Part shown: positions 26,643 to 36,431 of the stretch, piece after piece | Layout of the letters: each line of letters opens with the position of its first letter | Position numbering within the stretch: the first letter of the stretch is position 1 | Virus record (IMG/VR): IMGVR_UViG_3300036778_000215 | Span: 1-40,705 of that record | DNA from: a virus | Taxonomy: Duplodnaviria > Caudoviricetes | DNA length: 40,705 nt | Direction: 5' to 3' (one strand) | Position numbers and translations under genes: made by a program | Notes under the pieces: generated by a model | The model's input: only the letters and a program-made list of their open reading frames with translations | The model's database searches: none | Told to the model about the DNA's origin: nothing

Positions 26643-26653
26643 GGTGAAATTGT

Positions 26654-27220
26654 ATGAATGGTGTTGAATGGCTTGATGATTATCAGGACGCAGTCGTTGC
26701 AGAGCTCGAAAAAATCCCCTGGGCCGCAACCACTGGTGTTTATCCCGATATTGGCAGTGATTTCCCCACGCCCGCCATCTTTTTCGATGTTGCCCGCTGG
26801 GAGCGTGCTGACCGGGAGCTGGGCGGCAACGTGACATTGTCGCTGACCTGCCACTTTTATATTCTGCGTCACTTTGTTGCGGCGCAAGGGGATGATGAAG
26901 AGTTGCGCGGCAGTACCGAAACGCGCGTTCGTAACGCTGCGCTCAAAATGTCCGACTGGGTAGAAGGGCGGCAGTTCGGAACAAGCACCGCACCAGCGGT
27001 GATGGATTCAGCCGAACCCATGACCTGGGAAAACTCGGAAGGCGGTGCAGACCACGCCATCTGGAGTGTGTCGTTTACGCAGTTGCTTGCCGTCGGGCGC
27101 GACCCGTTCGAAGAGCCAAACGTGCCAACCCTGAAAGAGTTCTGGCTCGGCGTCTTTCCGGACATTGGGCCTGCGCATAAAGACGATTACATTCTGCTGG
27201 CGAAATCGGGAGACGAATAA
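26654..27220 (+). CDS. Putative tail terminator protein
   Basis: Acidic, TPAIF, WSVSFTQ; position after the Z-like gene. Confidence 0.6.
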   Translation: MNGVEWLDDYQDAVVAELEKIPWAATTGVYPDIGSDFPTPAIFFDVARWERADRELGGNVTLSLTCHFYILRHFVAAQGDDEELRGSTETRVRNAALKMSDWVEGRQFGTSTAPAVMDSAEPMTWENSEGGADHAIWSVSFTQLLAVGRDPFEEPNVPTLKEFWLGVFPDIGPAHKDDYILLAKSGDE

Positions 27221-27726
27221 TGGCGACATACCGTGGTTGTTCGCTGTTCCTGAACAGCTTCAAACTCTCCGACAGTGTGGCTTATACCCCGCCAGAAATC
27301 GCCGTTGACCGCGTATGGTATAAGGCCGGGGCAATGACAACCCCAGTGGGCATGGATCGGGGCATCAAACCCATGATTGCCCATTACAAAATTGCGGGCA
27401 TGGATCCGACTGCTTTTCTTTTTTTGGGGCTGGTACCGGGCTTTCGGGCACGCCTGACCGTGCGCCGGGTCTACCGCATAGGTGATGTCACGTTGTTTTT
27501 GCATGATGAGCTCGAAGGATTTATCGACACGATCCGTGCGGATGAGCATGGCAGCGACAGCAAGCTGAACGTTGGGCAGGAGATGACGATGACGGTGAAC
27601 TATTACCGCGTGTCGGTGGACGGCGTTCAGCCGCTGCTGGAAATTCATCCGGTCATGGGAACGCGGAAAATCTTTGGCGTGGATGCGCAGCGTATTCCCG
27701 CCAGTATTACGGAGATGCTGATGTGA
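27220..27726 (+). CDS. Tail tube protein paralogue (P2 FII-like), copy 1
   Basis: Aligns by eye over its full length with 35445-35954. Confidence 0.8.
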   Translation: MATYRGCSLFLNSFKLSDSVAYTPPEIAVDRVWYKAGAMTTPVGMDRGIKPMIAHYKIAGMDPTAFLFLGLVPGFRARLTVRRVYRIGDVTLFLHDELEGFIDTIRADEHGSDSKLNVGQEMTMTVNYYRVSVDGVQPLLEIHPVMGTRKIFGVDAQRIPASITEMLM

Positions 27727-28337
27727 TTATTGATCCCCTCTCGATACTTGAATCGCAACTTCGTCAGCAAACCGAAACGCTCGATCCTCAGTTGCCACCG
27801 TTGCTGATGTGGGGCGATTTTGTCTTTCAGCTTTCCACGCTGGCCTACAACAAACTGAGCCTGAGCGATGCCTGGACATGGGCATCACAGGGCCGCATCG
27901 GACGACAGGATCGCCTGCAATACACCGGGAAAAAAGCCCCGACAATCCGTTTTGAGTGTGAGCTCTATGCGGATTTCGTCGATACAACCGGCCTGTCCGC
28001 GCTGATCACCTCTGCCGGGGTCTGGCAGGATGCGAACAACGACCCGGTTGAATGGCTACGCCGCCAGGCCAATACTAAAACACCGATGATGCTGGTTACG
28101 GGATACGGACGGGTGATGGGATTCTGGGTCATGACGCAGCTTGAACAGGCCGTGGACGAGTTCCGTGGCGCGGGCGAATTCAGACACCAAAACGTCACTG
28201 TGTCGCTGCAGTATTTTGGCAGCAGCCTGAATGGTGTTGAAGACGATCCCGCAGAGACAGAACAGCCATCAACAGAGGCTTCCAGCCAGACTGTTAGCGA
28301 GATGAATATGTTTCTAAGCGAGTACGAGAATGGCTGA
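27723..28337 (+). CDS. P2 gpU-like tube initiator
   Basis: WGDFVF, WASQGRIG...LQYTG, LVTGYGRVMGFWV. Confidence 0.82.
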   Translation: MIIDPLSILESQLRQQTETLDPQLPPLLMWGDFVFQLSTLAYNKLSLSDAWTWASQGRIGRQDRLQYTGKKAPTIRFECELYADFVDTTGLSALITSAGVWQDANNDPVEWLRRQANTKTPMMLVTGYGRVMGFWVMTQLEQAVDEFRGAGEFRHQNVTVSLQYFGSSLNGVEDDPAETEQPSTEASSQTVSEMNMFLSEYENG

Positions 28338-28944
28338 TTTCGATACCGCAAATATTTATCAGCGTCTGATGAAGCTGGTGAAATACGGCAATATCCACAG
28401 CGTGCAGGCTGACCCGCCCACATGCCGGGTGACGTTCGGTGTCGATCCGATTTCAGGGCAGGAGCACATCAGTGACTGGCTGAACTGGTCGACGCGGTCG
28501 GATTCCGAGGTGAATGACTGGAGCATGCCAGCAGTAGGTGCGCAGGTGATAGTGTTTAGTCCTGGCGGTGAGACAGATAACGGACTGGTGTTCCCTGCTG
28601 GTTTTTCCGGTGATCGCCCACCACCATCAACGGAACCGGGGCAGCATGTCACTGCATACAGCGATGGAGCAGCAGTTTCTTACGATACACAGGCGCACGC
28701 GATGGCAGTAAACCTGCCAGCTGGTGGCTCGATTGTCATCATTACACCCGGTGGGATGACGGTAAAAGGAAACGTGGATATTGACGGCACGCTAACTGCG
28801 ACTGAGGTCAAGGATAAAACCAGCTCAATGCAGGAGATACGCGATACGCATAACCTTCACGATCACAACGAAAATGGCGACGGTGGCGGTGTCACCGACC
28901 CACCAAACCAGAAAATGCAATCCAGTGAGGAACCCGACCAGTGA
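28330..28944 (+). CDS. Baseplate spike gpV
   Basis: SDWLNW, P.VG.QV...PGG, YSDGA..SYD, C-terminal HDH motif. Confidence 0.92.
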   Translation: MADFDTANIYQRLMKLVKYGNIHSVQADPPTCRVTFGVDPISGQEHISDWLNWSTRSDSEVNDWSMPAVGAQVIVFSPGGETDNGLVFPAGFSGDRPPPSTEPGQHVTAYSDGAAVSYDTQAHAMAVNLPAGGSIVIITPGGMTVKGNVDIDGTLTATEVKDKTSSMQEIRDTHNLHDHNENGDGGGVTDPPNQKMQSSEEPDQ

Positions 28945-28958
28945 GTCGGGTTTTTTTA
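28931..28958 (+). terminator. Terminator overlapping the gpV stop codon
   Basis: ACCCGAC-CAGTGA-GTCGGGT plus T run. Confidence 0.75.
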
Positions 28959-28968
28959 TGGGGGAGTT

Positions 28969-29304
28969 ATGCAGGGAATGAACCGGGAAACCGGAAAAGT
29001 TTTGTCCGGGACTGATCATATCCGTCAATCCGTCGAGGACATTCTCAGCACGCCACTCGGCACGCGCGTGATGTTGCCGGGGTACGGCAGCAATCTGATC
29101 CGTCTGGTTGACCATCCGGCAGACCACATCACTGCAATCCGTGTAGTCATGGCGACGGCGGTGGCGATTGCCCGCTGGGAGCCACGAATAACGATTAACA
29201 GTATCGAGGTGTTGAAAGCGGGAGAGGGAGAGATAGCGATCACTCTGCGGGCCACCGATACAGAGAATCAGCGCACAGTTGTGCTGGAGAACATACGTCT
29301 ATGA
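28969..29304 (+). CDS. Baseplate wedge gpW/gp25
   Basis: HIRQSV.DIL.TP.G.RVM, RWEPRI. Confidence 0.93.
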   Translation: MQGMNRETGKVLSGTDHIRQSVEDILSTPLGTRVMLPGYGSNLIRLVDHPADHITAIRVVMATAVAIARWEPRITINSIEVLKAGEGEIAITLRATDTENQRTVVLENIRL

Positions 29305-30227
29305 ATACGATTGACCTGAGCCAGTTACCACCGCCACGAATACTGGAAATGCCAAAGTTTCGGGAGCTGAAAGCGAAACGCCTGGCGGAACTCCAGTCTC
29401 TTGACCCGACTTTTAATGCGCTGGTGGAAAGTGACCCGGCGATGAAGTTGCTCGAGATTCTGGTTTACCGGGAGATGGTTAACGTCGCACGCTTCAATAG
29501 CGGGATCCTGGCGGTGCTGCTGGCCTATGCAAAAGGCAGCGACCTCGACCAGATTGGCGCCAATTATGAAGTATTTCGTCTGGTTATCACGCCTGCTGAC
29601 GATACCACCATCCCACCGACAGCCGCCGTTATGGAAAGCGACGATGCTTTCCGCCGCCGTATTCGACTCTCCTGGTATGCGCGAAACACGGCAGGATCTA
29701 TTCAGGCTTATGAATATTTTACACTGTCGGCCGACGGTAGTGTGCTCGATGCAAAAGCCTATGGCCCGCAAGAGTCTTCTGATATTCAGCCGGGACGGGT
29801 GCATGTGTATGTCCTGAGCGCAGAAGGTGATGGCACACCATCAGATACATTGCTTCAAACGGTAACTGACTCGCTTAGCGCGGAATATACCCGACCGCTT
29901 ACAGATTACGTCAGCGTTCTGGCGCCTGACGTTGTTACCTATGAAGTGGATGCGACGCTCCTGATAGCGGACGGGCCGGATGCCGACACGGTAGAACAGG
30001 CCGCTGTGTCGGCGATGCAACGCTATGCAGATAGCGTCCATAAAATTGACATCGATGTGTCGCTAGCGGGTGTGTACCGGGAACTGAAACAACCCGGCGT
30101 CGACGATGTTGTACTGGATTCACCGCTAGCCACGATCCCTGTGGGCCTCGGTGAAGTGTCGTACTGTACTGCCATCAATTTGACCATCAAAAGGGGGAGC
30201 GATGTACCGGACACTCCTTCCTCCTAA
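29301..30227 (+). CDS. Baseplate gpJ
   Basis: IDLSQLPPP, ESDP, AKGSDLD, RPLTD. Confidence 0.94.
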   Translation: MNTIDLSQLPPPRILEMPKFRELKAKRLAELQSLDPTFNALVESDPAMKLLEILVYREMVNVARFNSGILAVLLAYAKGSDLDQIGANYEVFRLVITPADDTTIPPTAAVMESDDAFRRRIRLSWYARNTAGSIQAYEYFTLSADGSVLDAKAYGPQESSDIQPGRVHVYVLSAEGDGTPSDTLLQTVTDSLSAEYTRPLTDYVSVLAPDVVTYEVDATLLIADGPDADTVEQAAVSAMQRYADSVHKIDIDVSLAGVYRELKQPGVDDVVLDSPLATIPVGLGEVSYCTAINLTIKRGSDVPDTPSS

Positions 30228-30741
30228 TCCAACCCAAGGCGAACAGGCTCTTGAGCAGGTGATGGGTCATGCGAGTGATCAGCCCATTGATATCCGCACA
30301 GTGAAAAGCGCGGATGATTGCCCTCTCGAACTGCTGCCATGGCTGGCGTGGGAATATGCGGTCACTTACTGGGATGAGAACTGGACGGAAGCGCAGAAGC
30401 GTAGCGTCATTAAAAGTGCTCCCAAAGTAAACAAAACACGCGGTACCGCTGGTGCGGTAAAGCATGCACTTGAGGCCGTTGGGCGCTCCATTGACGTCGT
30501 CGAATGGTTCAATGATTCCCCGGCAGGTGAGCCGTATACGTTCCGCATTTTAGTCAATGGTTATGCTGTGACCGCCGATGAGCTCAAGCTGATTGCACAG
30601 CAGGTTGCGGATGCAAAAAATGCCCGCAGCTACATGAGCGATATCCAAATCGGTCAGCAATCTGTAGCGGGGAATGTGTACTGTGGTGGCGCTTGCGTCG
30701 TGCAACAGACAATCAGAATTAAGGCAAAACGCGATGAGTGA
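30202..30741 (+). CDS. Tail protein gpI
   Basis: LLPPN, LLPWLAWE, KNARS. Confidence 0.92.
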   Translation: MYRTLLPPNPTQGEQALEQVMGHASDQPIDIRTVKSADDCPLELLPWLAWEYAVTYWDENWTEAQKRSVIKSAPKVNKTRGTAGAVKHALEAVGRSIDVVEWFNDSPAGEPYTFRILVNGYAVTADELKLIAQQVADAKNARSYMSDIQIGQQSVAGNVYCGGACVVQQTIRIKAKRDE

Positions 30742-32125
30742 TTTTTATTTATTGATTACAGACGCCGGGAAGTCGCTGGAAACTGCTGCGCATGCGAGTG
30801 GTAATCCGGTCAAATTAACCGATTTTTCAGTAGGCGATGGCAACGGTTCGCCAGTCACCCCCGACGCCGCGCAAACCTCGCTGGTTAATGAAACATTTCG
30901 TGATGCCATTAGCTCGCTGGCAGTGAGTATCTCAGATAGCACTGTACTGGAAGCTGAGTGTGTAATCCCGGCAAGCAGTGGTGGCTATACGATCCGCGAA
31001 ATTGGTATTTTTGCGGATGATGGTTCGCTGTACGCCGTGGGGAATTTTGCTGAGCAGGAAAAGCCGGATCCTGACAGTGGCTATGCGGCATCGCTTCAAA
31101 TTTTGGCCGATCTTGCCGTCTCAGATACTGCTGATATCACATTAACCATTCAGGACGGGAGCTATCTGACCGAGCCGCAGGGAGATACGCTGTATTTACG
31201 CCAGGATAAAAATCTATCCGAAATTGCCGCTCAGGGCACGGACGCTCAGGGTGAAGCGCGGGATAACCTAGATCTGGGTACCGCCGCAATCGCTGATACT
31301 GTCACTAGTCCAGAAGATACTACCGCCGGGTCTGTTCTTGTTGTTGGGTCGGCGGGAATTGGTAAAGCTATACGTATTGCTCCAGGTAGTGATGTGGATT
31401 TAGCTGATTTTATGACGACGGCGAACGGCAATTTTTATCACTGTGACAGTCCCTATACGAATGCGCCTCCGTGGTTTGGTACTGAATGGTTCGACATCAT
31501 TATCACTCAACATGAAGCAGCTAATTACCGAACCATAAGAGCCTTGAGCAGCTCCGGGCATACTGCCTTCGCAGTAATTACAGCCGGAACATTCAGCGGC
31601 TGGAAAAGAGATTATACGGAGCTACAGAAACCATCGGCAGCAGATACGGGGGCGGTTCCGCTAAATAGTGATGGTAGCGTAGATGCAATTAAAACGCTCA
31701 GGTGCCAAAACTTCCAAACACCGCAAACCGGCACCCCATTTGAATTTGCTCAGTTATCGGGCATCGCAGGGAATGTATATTTTGATATTCACACCGATGG
31801 TTCAGCATCCGGCGAGGACTATTCATACAGAATAACGTACAAGCCCGACAAATCAGCCACTACCAGTGGTCAATGGATACCTGGCGATTACGCCAACTTT
31901 GATGCCCGCTACTACACACAAACTGCTGCTAACGCGAAATTCGTTACTCAAATCAGGCTTGGCGCATATAAAGATGTAACGAACAGTAGTGGTAATGTCG
32001 GCGAAGAACAAAGCGGGTATGTGGTTACGATGGGGGGGGATTTTGGGTCTGATAATGGGTATTACCGATTGCGAAAAATGCAATATCTGATTAATGGCGC
32101 ATGGTATGACTCAGTGTCCTCATGA
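30734..32125 (+). CDS. Tail fibre protein (P2 gpH-like)
   Basis: [23 protein letters not shown]; C-terminal IRLG...QYLINGAW; start ATG 30734. Confidence 0.9.
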   Translation: MSDFYLLITDAGKSLETAAHASGNPVKLTDFSVGDGNGSPVTPDAAQTSLVNETFRDAISSLAVSISDSTVLEAECVIPASSGGYTIREIGIFADDGSLYAVGNFAEQEKPDPDSGYAASLQILADLAVSDTADITLTIQDGSYLTEPQGDTLYLRQDKNLSEIAAQGTDAQGEARDNLDLGTAAIADTVTSPEDTTAGSVLVVGSAGIGKAIRIAPGSDVDLADFMTTANGNFYHCDSPYTNAPPWFGTEWFDIIITQHEAANYRTIRALSSSGHTAFAVITAGTFSGWKRDYTELQKPSAADTGAVPLNSDGSVDAIKTLRCQNFQTPQTGTPFEFAQLSGIAGNVYFDIHTDGSASGEDYSYRITYKPDKSATTSGQWIPGDYANFDARYYTQTAANAKFVTQIRLGAYKDVTNSSGNVGEEQSGYVVTMGGDFGSDNGYYRLRKMQYLINGAWYDSVSS

Positions 32126-32679
32126 GGAAAATAAAAATGATGAATCTGAAAAATTTTAAACTGTATACACCCGATGACCCTGAGCGCGCTTATCTTGTTG
32201 AAATGGGCATGGCTTTTTATATTGATGATGCGGGCAATGACTGGCATAACATTCAAAGCAAATACCAGCCCGACACGCTCAAAATTGCCTACTACCCAGA
32301 CGGTAGAGTTGACTCATTTTCTTATGATGTCACGGCTATTACTCCGCGCGATTTGTCAGTTGGTGAAATTGCGTCAGATAAAATACCTGCTGGCTTTTTT
32401 GAGGGTGGAAAGTGGGTCTTTGATGGGAAGGTTATTTCTGCATATCAACCTTCTCATGAAGAGCTGATAGTTTCTGCGGAGGCGACAAAATCAAAATTGA
32501 TGGATGCTGCAAACAGAGCAATTGCACCGCTACAGGATGCGGTTGATCTGGATATGGCCACAGATGATGAAATAGTTCAGCTAACAGCATGGAAGCAATA
32601 CCGCGTGTTACTAAACCGTGTTGATACGTCAACAGCTCCTGACCTCAACTGGCCGCCAGTTCCAACCTTTATTCTTTAA
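32122..32679 (+). CDS. Tail fibre assembly chaperone
   Basis: [35 protein letters not shown]. Confidence 0.93.
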   Translation: MRKIKMMNLKNFKLYTPDDPERAYLVEMGMAFYIDDAGNDWHNIQSKYQPDTLKIAYYPDGRVDSFSYDVTAITPRDLSVGEIASDKIPAGFFEGGKWVFDGKVISAYQPSHEELIVSAEATKSKLMDAANRAIAPLQDAVDLDMATDDEIVQLTAWKQYRVLLNRVDTSTAPDLNWPPVPTFIL

Positions 32680-32693
32680 ATCCCGGAGTTACC

Positions 32694-33530
32694 ATGCATA
32701 AAAAGAAACAACCGCGCCTGCGGGGATTTTCCCTGCGCGCTTTTCAGACCCGAATGAATGCGGTCTGGTTTAACGGCTCAATGAATGAGACGCAGGCAGA
32801 GTGCTTGTCAGGCTTCACCGCTGCGTATCTCATCTACAACAACGTGCTCGGTAAGAGCATCCCGGTTAGCTGGTTGGCCTATATCCTTGCCACCACATAC
32901 CACGAAACCGCCGCGACGATGAAACCCATCGAAGAATATGGCAAAGGTGCGGGCCACTCTTATGGCGAACCGGATCCGGAAACCGGGCAGATTTACGACG
33001 GTCGTGGCTATGTCCAGCTTACCTGGAAAGAGAACTACCAGAAGGCGCAGGACAGTGTTGTGAACGTCCAGACCATGAAGTGCGATGTGCCGCTGGTGAT
33101 GCAGCCCGACCTGGCGATGACTCCGTGGATTGCGGCGCAGGTAGCAATCGTTGGCATGGCGGAAGGTTGGTTCACCGGCAAGAGCCTCGGCGACTACCTG
33201 ACCGAGACCTCCACCGATTACGTCAACGCTCGTCGGATCATCAATGGCACAGACAAAGCACAGACTATTGCCGCCTATGGCACCGAAGCACAAGACGCGC
33301 TGGCGTTAGCATATGGGCAGGGCATCACCCGCAGCACTGTGAAAAACGGCAGTTCCGGAGACGATGTACGTGAGCTGCAACTGATGCTTGGCCTTACTGC
33401 CGATGGTATAGCCGGCAATGACACCGCGAACGCCGTTATGACGTTCCAGGCTGAAAACCTGCTACAGGTTGATGGTATTTGCGGACAGGACACATGGGCG
33501 ACTCTCGACCGGGAGATTTACGGCGTATGA
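32694..33530 (+). CDS. Endolysin: GH19/lysozyme-like domain plus C-terminal peptidoglycan-binding domain
   Basis: LATTYHET, GRGYVQLTW.ENY, ARRIING; GSSGDDVRELQ...DGIAG..T...FQ...L.VDGICG..T. Confidence 0.88.
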   Translation: MHKKKQPRLRGFSLRAFQTRMNAVWFNGSMNETQAECLSGFTAAYLIYNNVLGKSIPVSWLAYILATTYHETAATMKPIEEYGKGAGHSYGEPDPETGQIYDGRGYVQLTWKENYQKAQDSVVNVQTMKCDVPLVMQPDLAMTPWIAAQVAIVGMAEGWFTGKSLGDYLTETSTDYVNARRIINGTDKAQTIAAYGTEAQDALALAYGQGITRSTVKNGSSGDDVRELQLMLGLTADGIAGNDTANAVMTFQAENLLQVDGICGQDTWATLDREIYGV

Positions 33531-33706
33531 AAGCATTATTTTTGATGGTGTTAAGTCTGCTGCTGGGTGGTTGTTCAGCGACGATGGTCAGTTATAGCGC
33601 CGGGAGTGCTGGCAAAGATTGCCCGCCGGTTGTCAGTGTAAAAAGCCTGGGGAACAGCGTTGTGATTACCGATGGCTCAGTTTGTAAAAAGGAAGCATTT
33701 AAGTGA
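33527..33706 (+). CDS. Small lipoprotein (59 aa)
   Basis: ATGA overlap with the lysin stop; lipobox LGGC; two further Cys. Confidence 0.75.
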   Translation: MKALFLMVLSLLLGGCSATMVSYSAGSAGKDCPPVVSVKSLGNSVVITDGSVCKKEAFK

Positions 33707-33879
33707 AGAAAGCAAAGAAAGTGGTCGCCGCCAGCGCAGCATTGATTGCGTGTTGTCTGATCGTCGCATGTTCCAACGTGTTGACGTACATCCGCCACGA
33801 CGAACGCAAAGGCAACATCCAGTGTAGTGATGATCAGGCTCTCAAGCGCGACAGCCAGTGTAACGTCAACACGAAATAA
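33703..33879 (+). CDS. Small lipoprotein (58 aa), not in the ORF track
   Basis: GTGA overlap; MKKAKKVVAASAALIACCLIVACSNVLTYIRHDERKGNIQCSDDQALKRDSQCNVNTK with lipobox IVAC. Confidence 0.7.
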   Translation: MKKAKKVVAASAALIACCLIVACSNVLTYIRHDERKGNIQCSDDQALKRDSQCNVNTK

Positions 33880-33901
33880 CCCTCCAGCCCCTTAGCCTAC
33901 A

Positions 33902-33924
33902 GACCCGCTCCGGCGGGTTTTTTT
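33902..33924 (+). terminator. Terminator after the lysis module
   Basis: ACCCGC-TCCG-GCGGGT plus T run. Confidence 0.8.
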
Positions 33925-33938
33925 ATGTGGAGAATAGT

Positions 33939-35432
33939 ATGGATTTACATGGCACCCGTACGAAAGAGACGGATAACGCAACAAAGCAGATCACTACCGT
34001 CAATATGTCGGTGATTGGCATCGTAGGCACAGCGCCACTGGCTGAACGTGGCGTGGTGGCTACGCTCATGACGGGCAGTTCACTGCTTAACAACCAGATA
34101 ATTTTCAGTGCGAGCCAGAATGGTACTGAGGGAAATCAACTCAAGGTGCTGGCGACCAGTGGTGAAGCCGATTCGTCGGGCGGCGCAGAAACGCACGCAT
34201 TCTTCGAAGACGATCTGCTGACAGTCATCCTCGGTACCGATGGTGATGGCGTCATTGTTGCCACGGCGGCAGATGTTGTGGCTGCGGTAAGTGATCTGGA
34301 TCCGGGACTTGCTGAGCTCAGTATCACTGCCGCATTACCGGACGGGATGACTGGCGCTGGGGTGATGCTGCCTTTTGGCAAAACCGCGCTGACTGGTGGT
34401 GAGAATGAACCGTTCCCACTGTTCACTCCATCGCTTATTTCCGGTAGTCGCAGCGCTGCAAAAAAACTGGGCTATGCCGGTACGCTCTACGCGGATATGT
34501 ACGACATCCTCAATCAGATTGGTGCGCTGGTTGTCGTTATTCGCGTGCCTGAAATCCCATCGGAAGACCTGCAACGTGCAGCGATTATCCGGGGGATTGA
34601 AGCGCTGAAACTCGGACAATCCACGCTCAACTATAACCCGCGCATTCTCATCGCGCCGGAGTGGAGCACCGACGACGGTGTGGGCAAAGCGCTGGAAAGC
34701 ACTGCGAACCTGTGTCGCGCTGTCACCTATCTGGATTCGCCTACGATGGCGACACCAGAAGATGTGGCCAGGCGTGGGCAGATGTACGGCGCCCGTGTCG
34801 AGATTTTGCGCCCGCGCATCATGGTCACCAGCGACGTCACCGGCAAAACCAACAGTCGCCCATATTCAGCGGCAGCGGCAGGTCACCGCGTGCGCATCGA
34901 TAACGACTACGGCTACTGGTGGTCGAAGTCCAACCATGAGGTTTACGGCTTCTCCGGGCTTGAACAAACGGACAGCTTCCTCATCGGGGATGAAACATGT
35001 GTGGCTAACCAGCTCAATCAGGCAAACGTGAGCACCGTTGTGATGCTGGATTCGTACCGTCACTGGGGCAACCGATTGTGTACCGACGACCCGCAATACC
35101 GCTTCGAATCGGTGCGCCGCACGATGGACGCTATCGAGGATTCGATCCAGTTGATGGTGACTAAAAGCTATGTCGATCGCCCGATTGATAAAGCCTTTGC
35201 GACATCACTTGTGGGCTCGGTGAACAGCTACCTGCGACAGCAGACCAAGGCCGGGGTTATTAACGGCGGGCGCTGCTGGCTGGATCCTGACCTTAATACC
35301 GCTGAATCACTCGCGGCTGGCAAGGTGTACTTCAACGTGGCGGTTGGCCCTAAATCACCGGCAGAAGAAATCACCGCAACGTACTCCATCGACAACACCT
35401 ACACCGTGCAGGAATTCAATCTGGCGGCCTGA
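33939..35432 (+). CDS. Contractile tail sheath protein (P2 FI-like)
   Basis: SVIGIVGTAP, PRILIAP, WWSKSN, HWGNR, FESVRRT. Confidence 0.95.
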   Translation: MDLHGTRTKETDNATKQITTVNMSVIGIVGTAPLAERGVVATLMTGSSLLNNQIIFSASQNGTEGNQLKVLATSGEADSSGGAETHAFFEDDLLTVILGTDGDGVIVATAADVVAAVSDLDPGLAELSITAALPDGMTGAGVMLPFGKTALTGGENEPFPLFTPSLISGSRSAAKKLGYAGTLYADMYDILNQIGALVVVIRVPEIPSEDLQRAAIIRGIEALKLGQSTLNYNPRILIAPEWSTDDGVGKALESTANLCRAVTYLDSPTMATPEDVARRGQMYGARVEILRPRIMVTSDVTGKTNSRPYSAAAAGHRVRIDNDYGYWWSKSNHEVYGFSGLEQTDSFLIGDETCVANQLNQANVSTVVMLDSYRHWGNRLCTDDPQYRFESVRRTMDAIEDSIQLMVTKSYVDRPIDKAFATSLVGSVNSYLRQQTKAGVINGGRCWLDPDLNTAESLAAGKVYFNVAVGPKSPAEEITATYSIDNTYTVQEFNLAA

Positions 35433-35444
35433 TAAGGAGGCATT

Positions 35445-35954
35445 ATGAATACAGGCTTTATCTACTCAAAGTCCGGGCTGTGGCTCGGCAATAACATCCG
35501 TGTGGCCGGTGTCCTGTCACTCACGCCGCCCGCCATGACCGCGACAATCGGCAACTATAAACCGACCTGGCAGGATATGGCCACGCCGGTTGATACCGGT
35601 ATGGAACCGATGCAGGCCGAATTTAAAACCGGCGCGGACACGGACGTATTGGGCATGTTCGGCTTTATTCCGGGCAGCTCTGCGCGAGTTCAGATCCGCC
35701 GAACCTATCGTGACACCGACGGTGTGCTGCATACGTTTGTGGATGAGCTGGAAGGTATCGTCGGTACGATTACCGCTGACGAAGCCGGTACAGATGGCAA
35801 GGAAAGCGTGGGTATGTCGGTCACGATGAACCTGGGCTATTACAAACTGACGGTCGACGGGAAAGAGATCTACGAGATTGACCCGCCGAACATGATCCGC
35901 AGCATTAACGGTGTGAACGTTTTGGCAGATGAGAAAGACGCTCTGCTGATGTAA
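35445..35954 (+). CDS. Major tail tube protein (P2 FII-like), copy 2
   Basis: Directly after the sheath gene; YYKLTVDG...EID..NMIR.INGV. Confidence 0.92.
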   Translation: MNTGFIYSKSGLWLGNNIRVAGVLSLTPPAMTATIGNYKPTWQDMATPVDTGMEPMQAEFKTGADTDVLGMFGFIPGSSARVQIRRTYRDTDGVLHTFVDELEGIVGTITADEAGTDGKESVGMSVTMNLGYYKLTVDGKEIYEIDPPNMIRSINGVNVLADEKDALLM

Positions 35955-36018
35955 CCCGCTTTCAATAACCTTTCTCTGGCGCCCGCGTGGCGCCATTTTT
36001 ATTTCTATCGGAGTATTT

Positions 36019-36306
36019 ATGTCTTATCCCGCTAATACCACCCTGATCACGTTGTCCCGCCCGTTCAAACTGAACGAGAAAGAAGTTGAAACCATCGAGA
36101 TGCGCGAACCAACGGTGTTCGACAAACTTGCTTTTGAGAAGAATAAGGGCGCTCCTCTGGAGAAAGAGGTCACGATGATTGCAGGGCTGTGTGGGCTAAA
36201 TCCAGGTGATCTCTACAAGCTCCCGGCGTATGACTATGAACAGCTGACCGAGGCGTTTAACGCTTTTTTGTTACCGCCGGCGGAGCGCTCGAAAGAGAGT
36301 TCCTGA
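36019..36306 (+). CDS. Tail assembly chaperone gpE
   Basis: ITLSRP, MREPTV.D, DYEQL; position before the tape measure gene. Confidence 0.9.
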   Translation: MSYPANTTLITLSRPFKLNEKEVETIEMREPTVFDKLAFEKNKGAPLEKEVTMIAGLCGLNPGDLYKLPAYDYEQLTEAFNAFLLPPAERSKESS

Positions 36307-36431
36307 ACAATCAGCCGGGGATTACGTACTGGTGTCGCATAACGTTCGCTGAGCAGCTCGGGCTGCCAGTGAGCACCTGGCGGTACTATCTGAAACAGGC
36401 GATAAAACGGAGCAAGCCAAGTGGCACCTAA
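36264..36431 (+). other. -1 programmed frameshift site and E' extension
   Basis: T-TTT-TTG at 36264-36270; the -1 frame stays open to TAA 36429-36431. Confidence 0.85.

Noticed and set aside
30734-32679. Tail-fibre diversification system (invertase cassette or DGR)
   Set aside because: No invertase, reverse transcriptase, second fibre tip or template repeat is visible.
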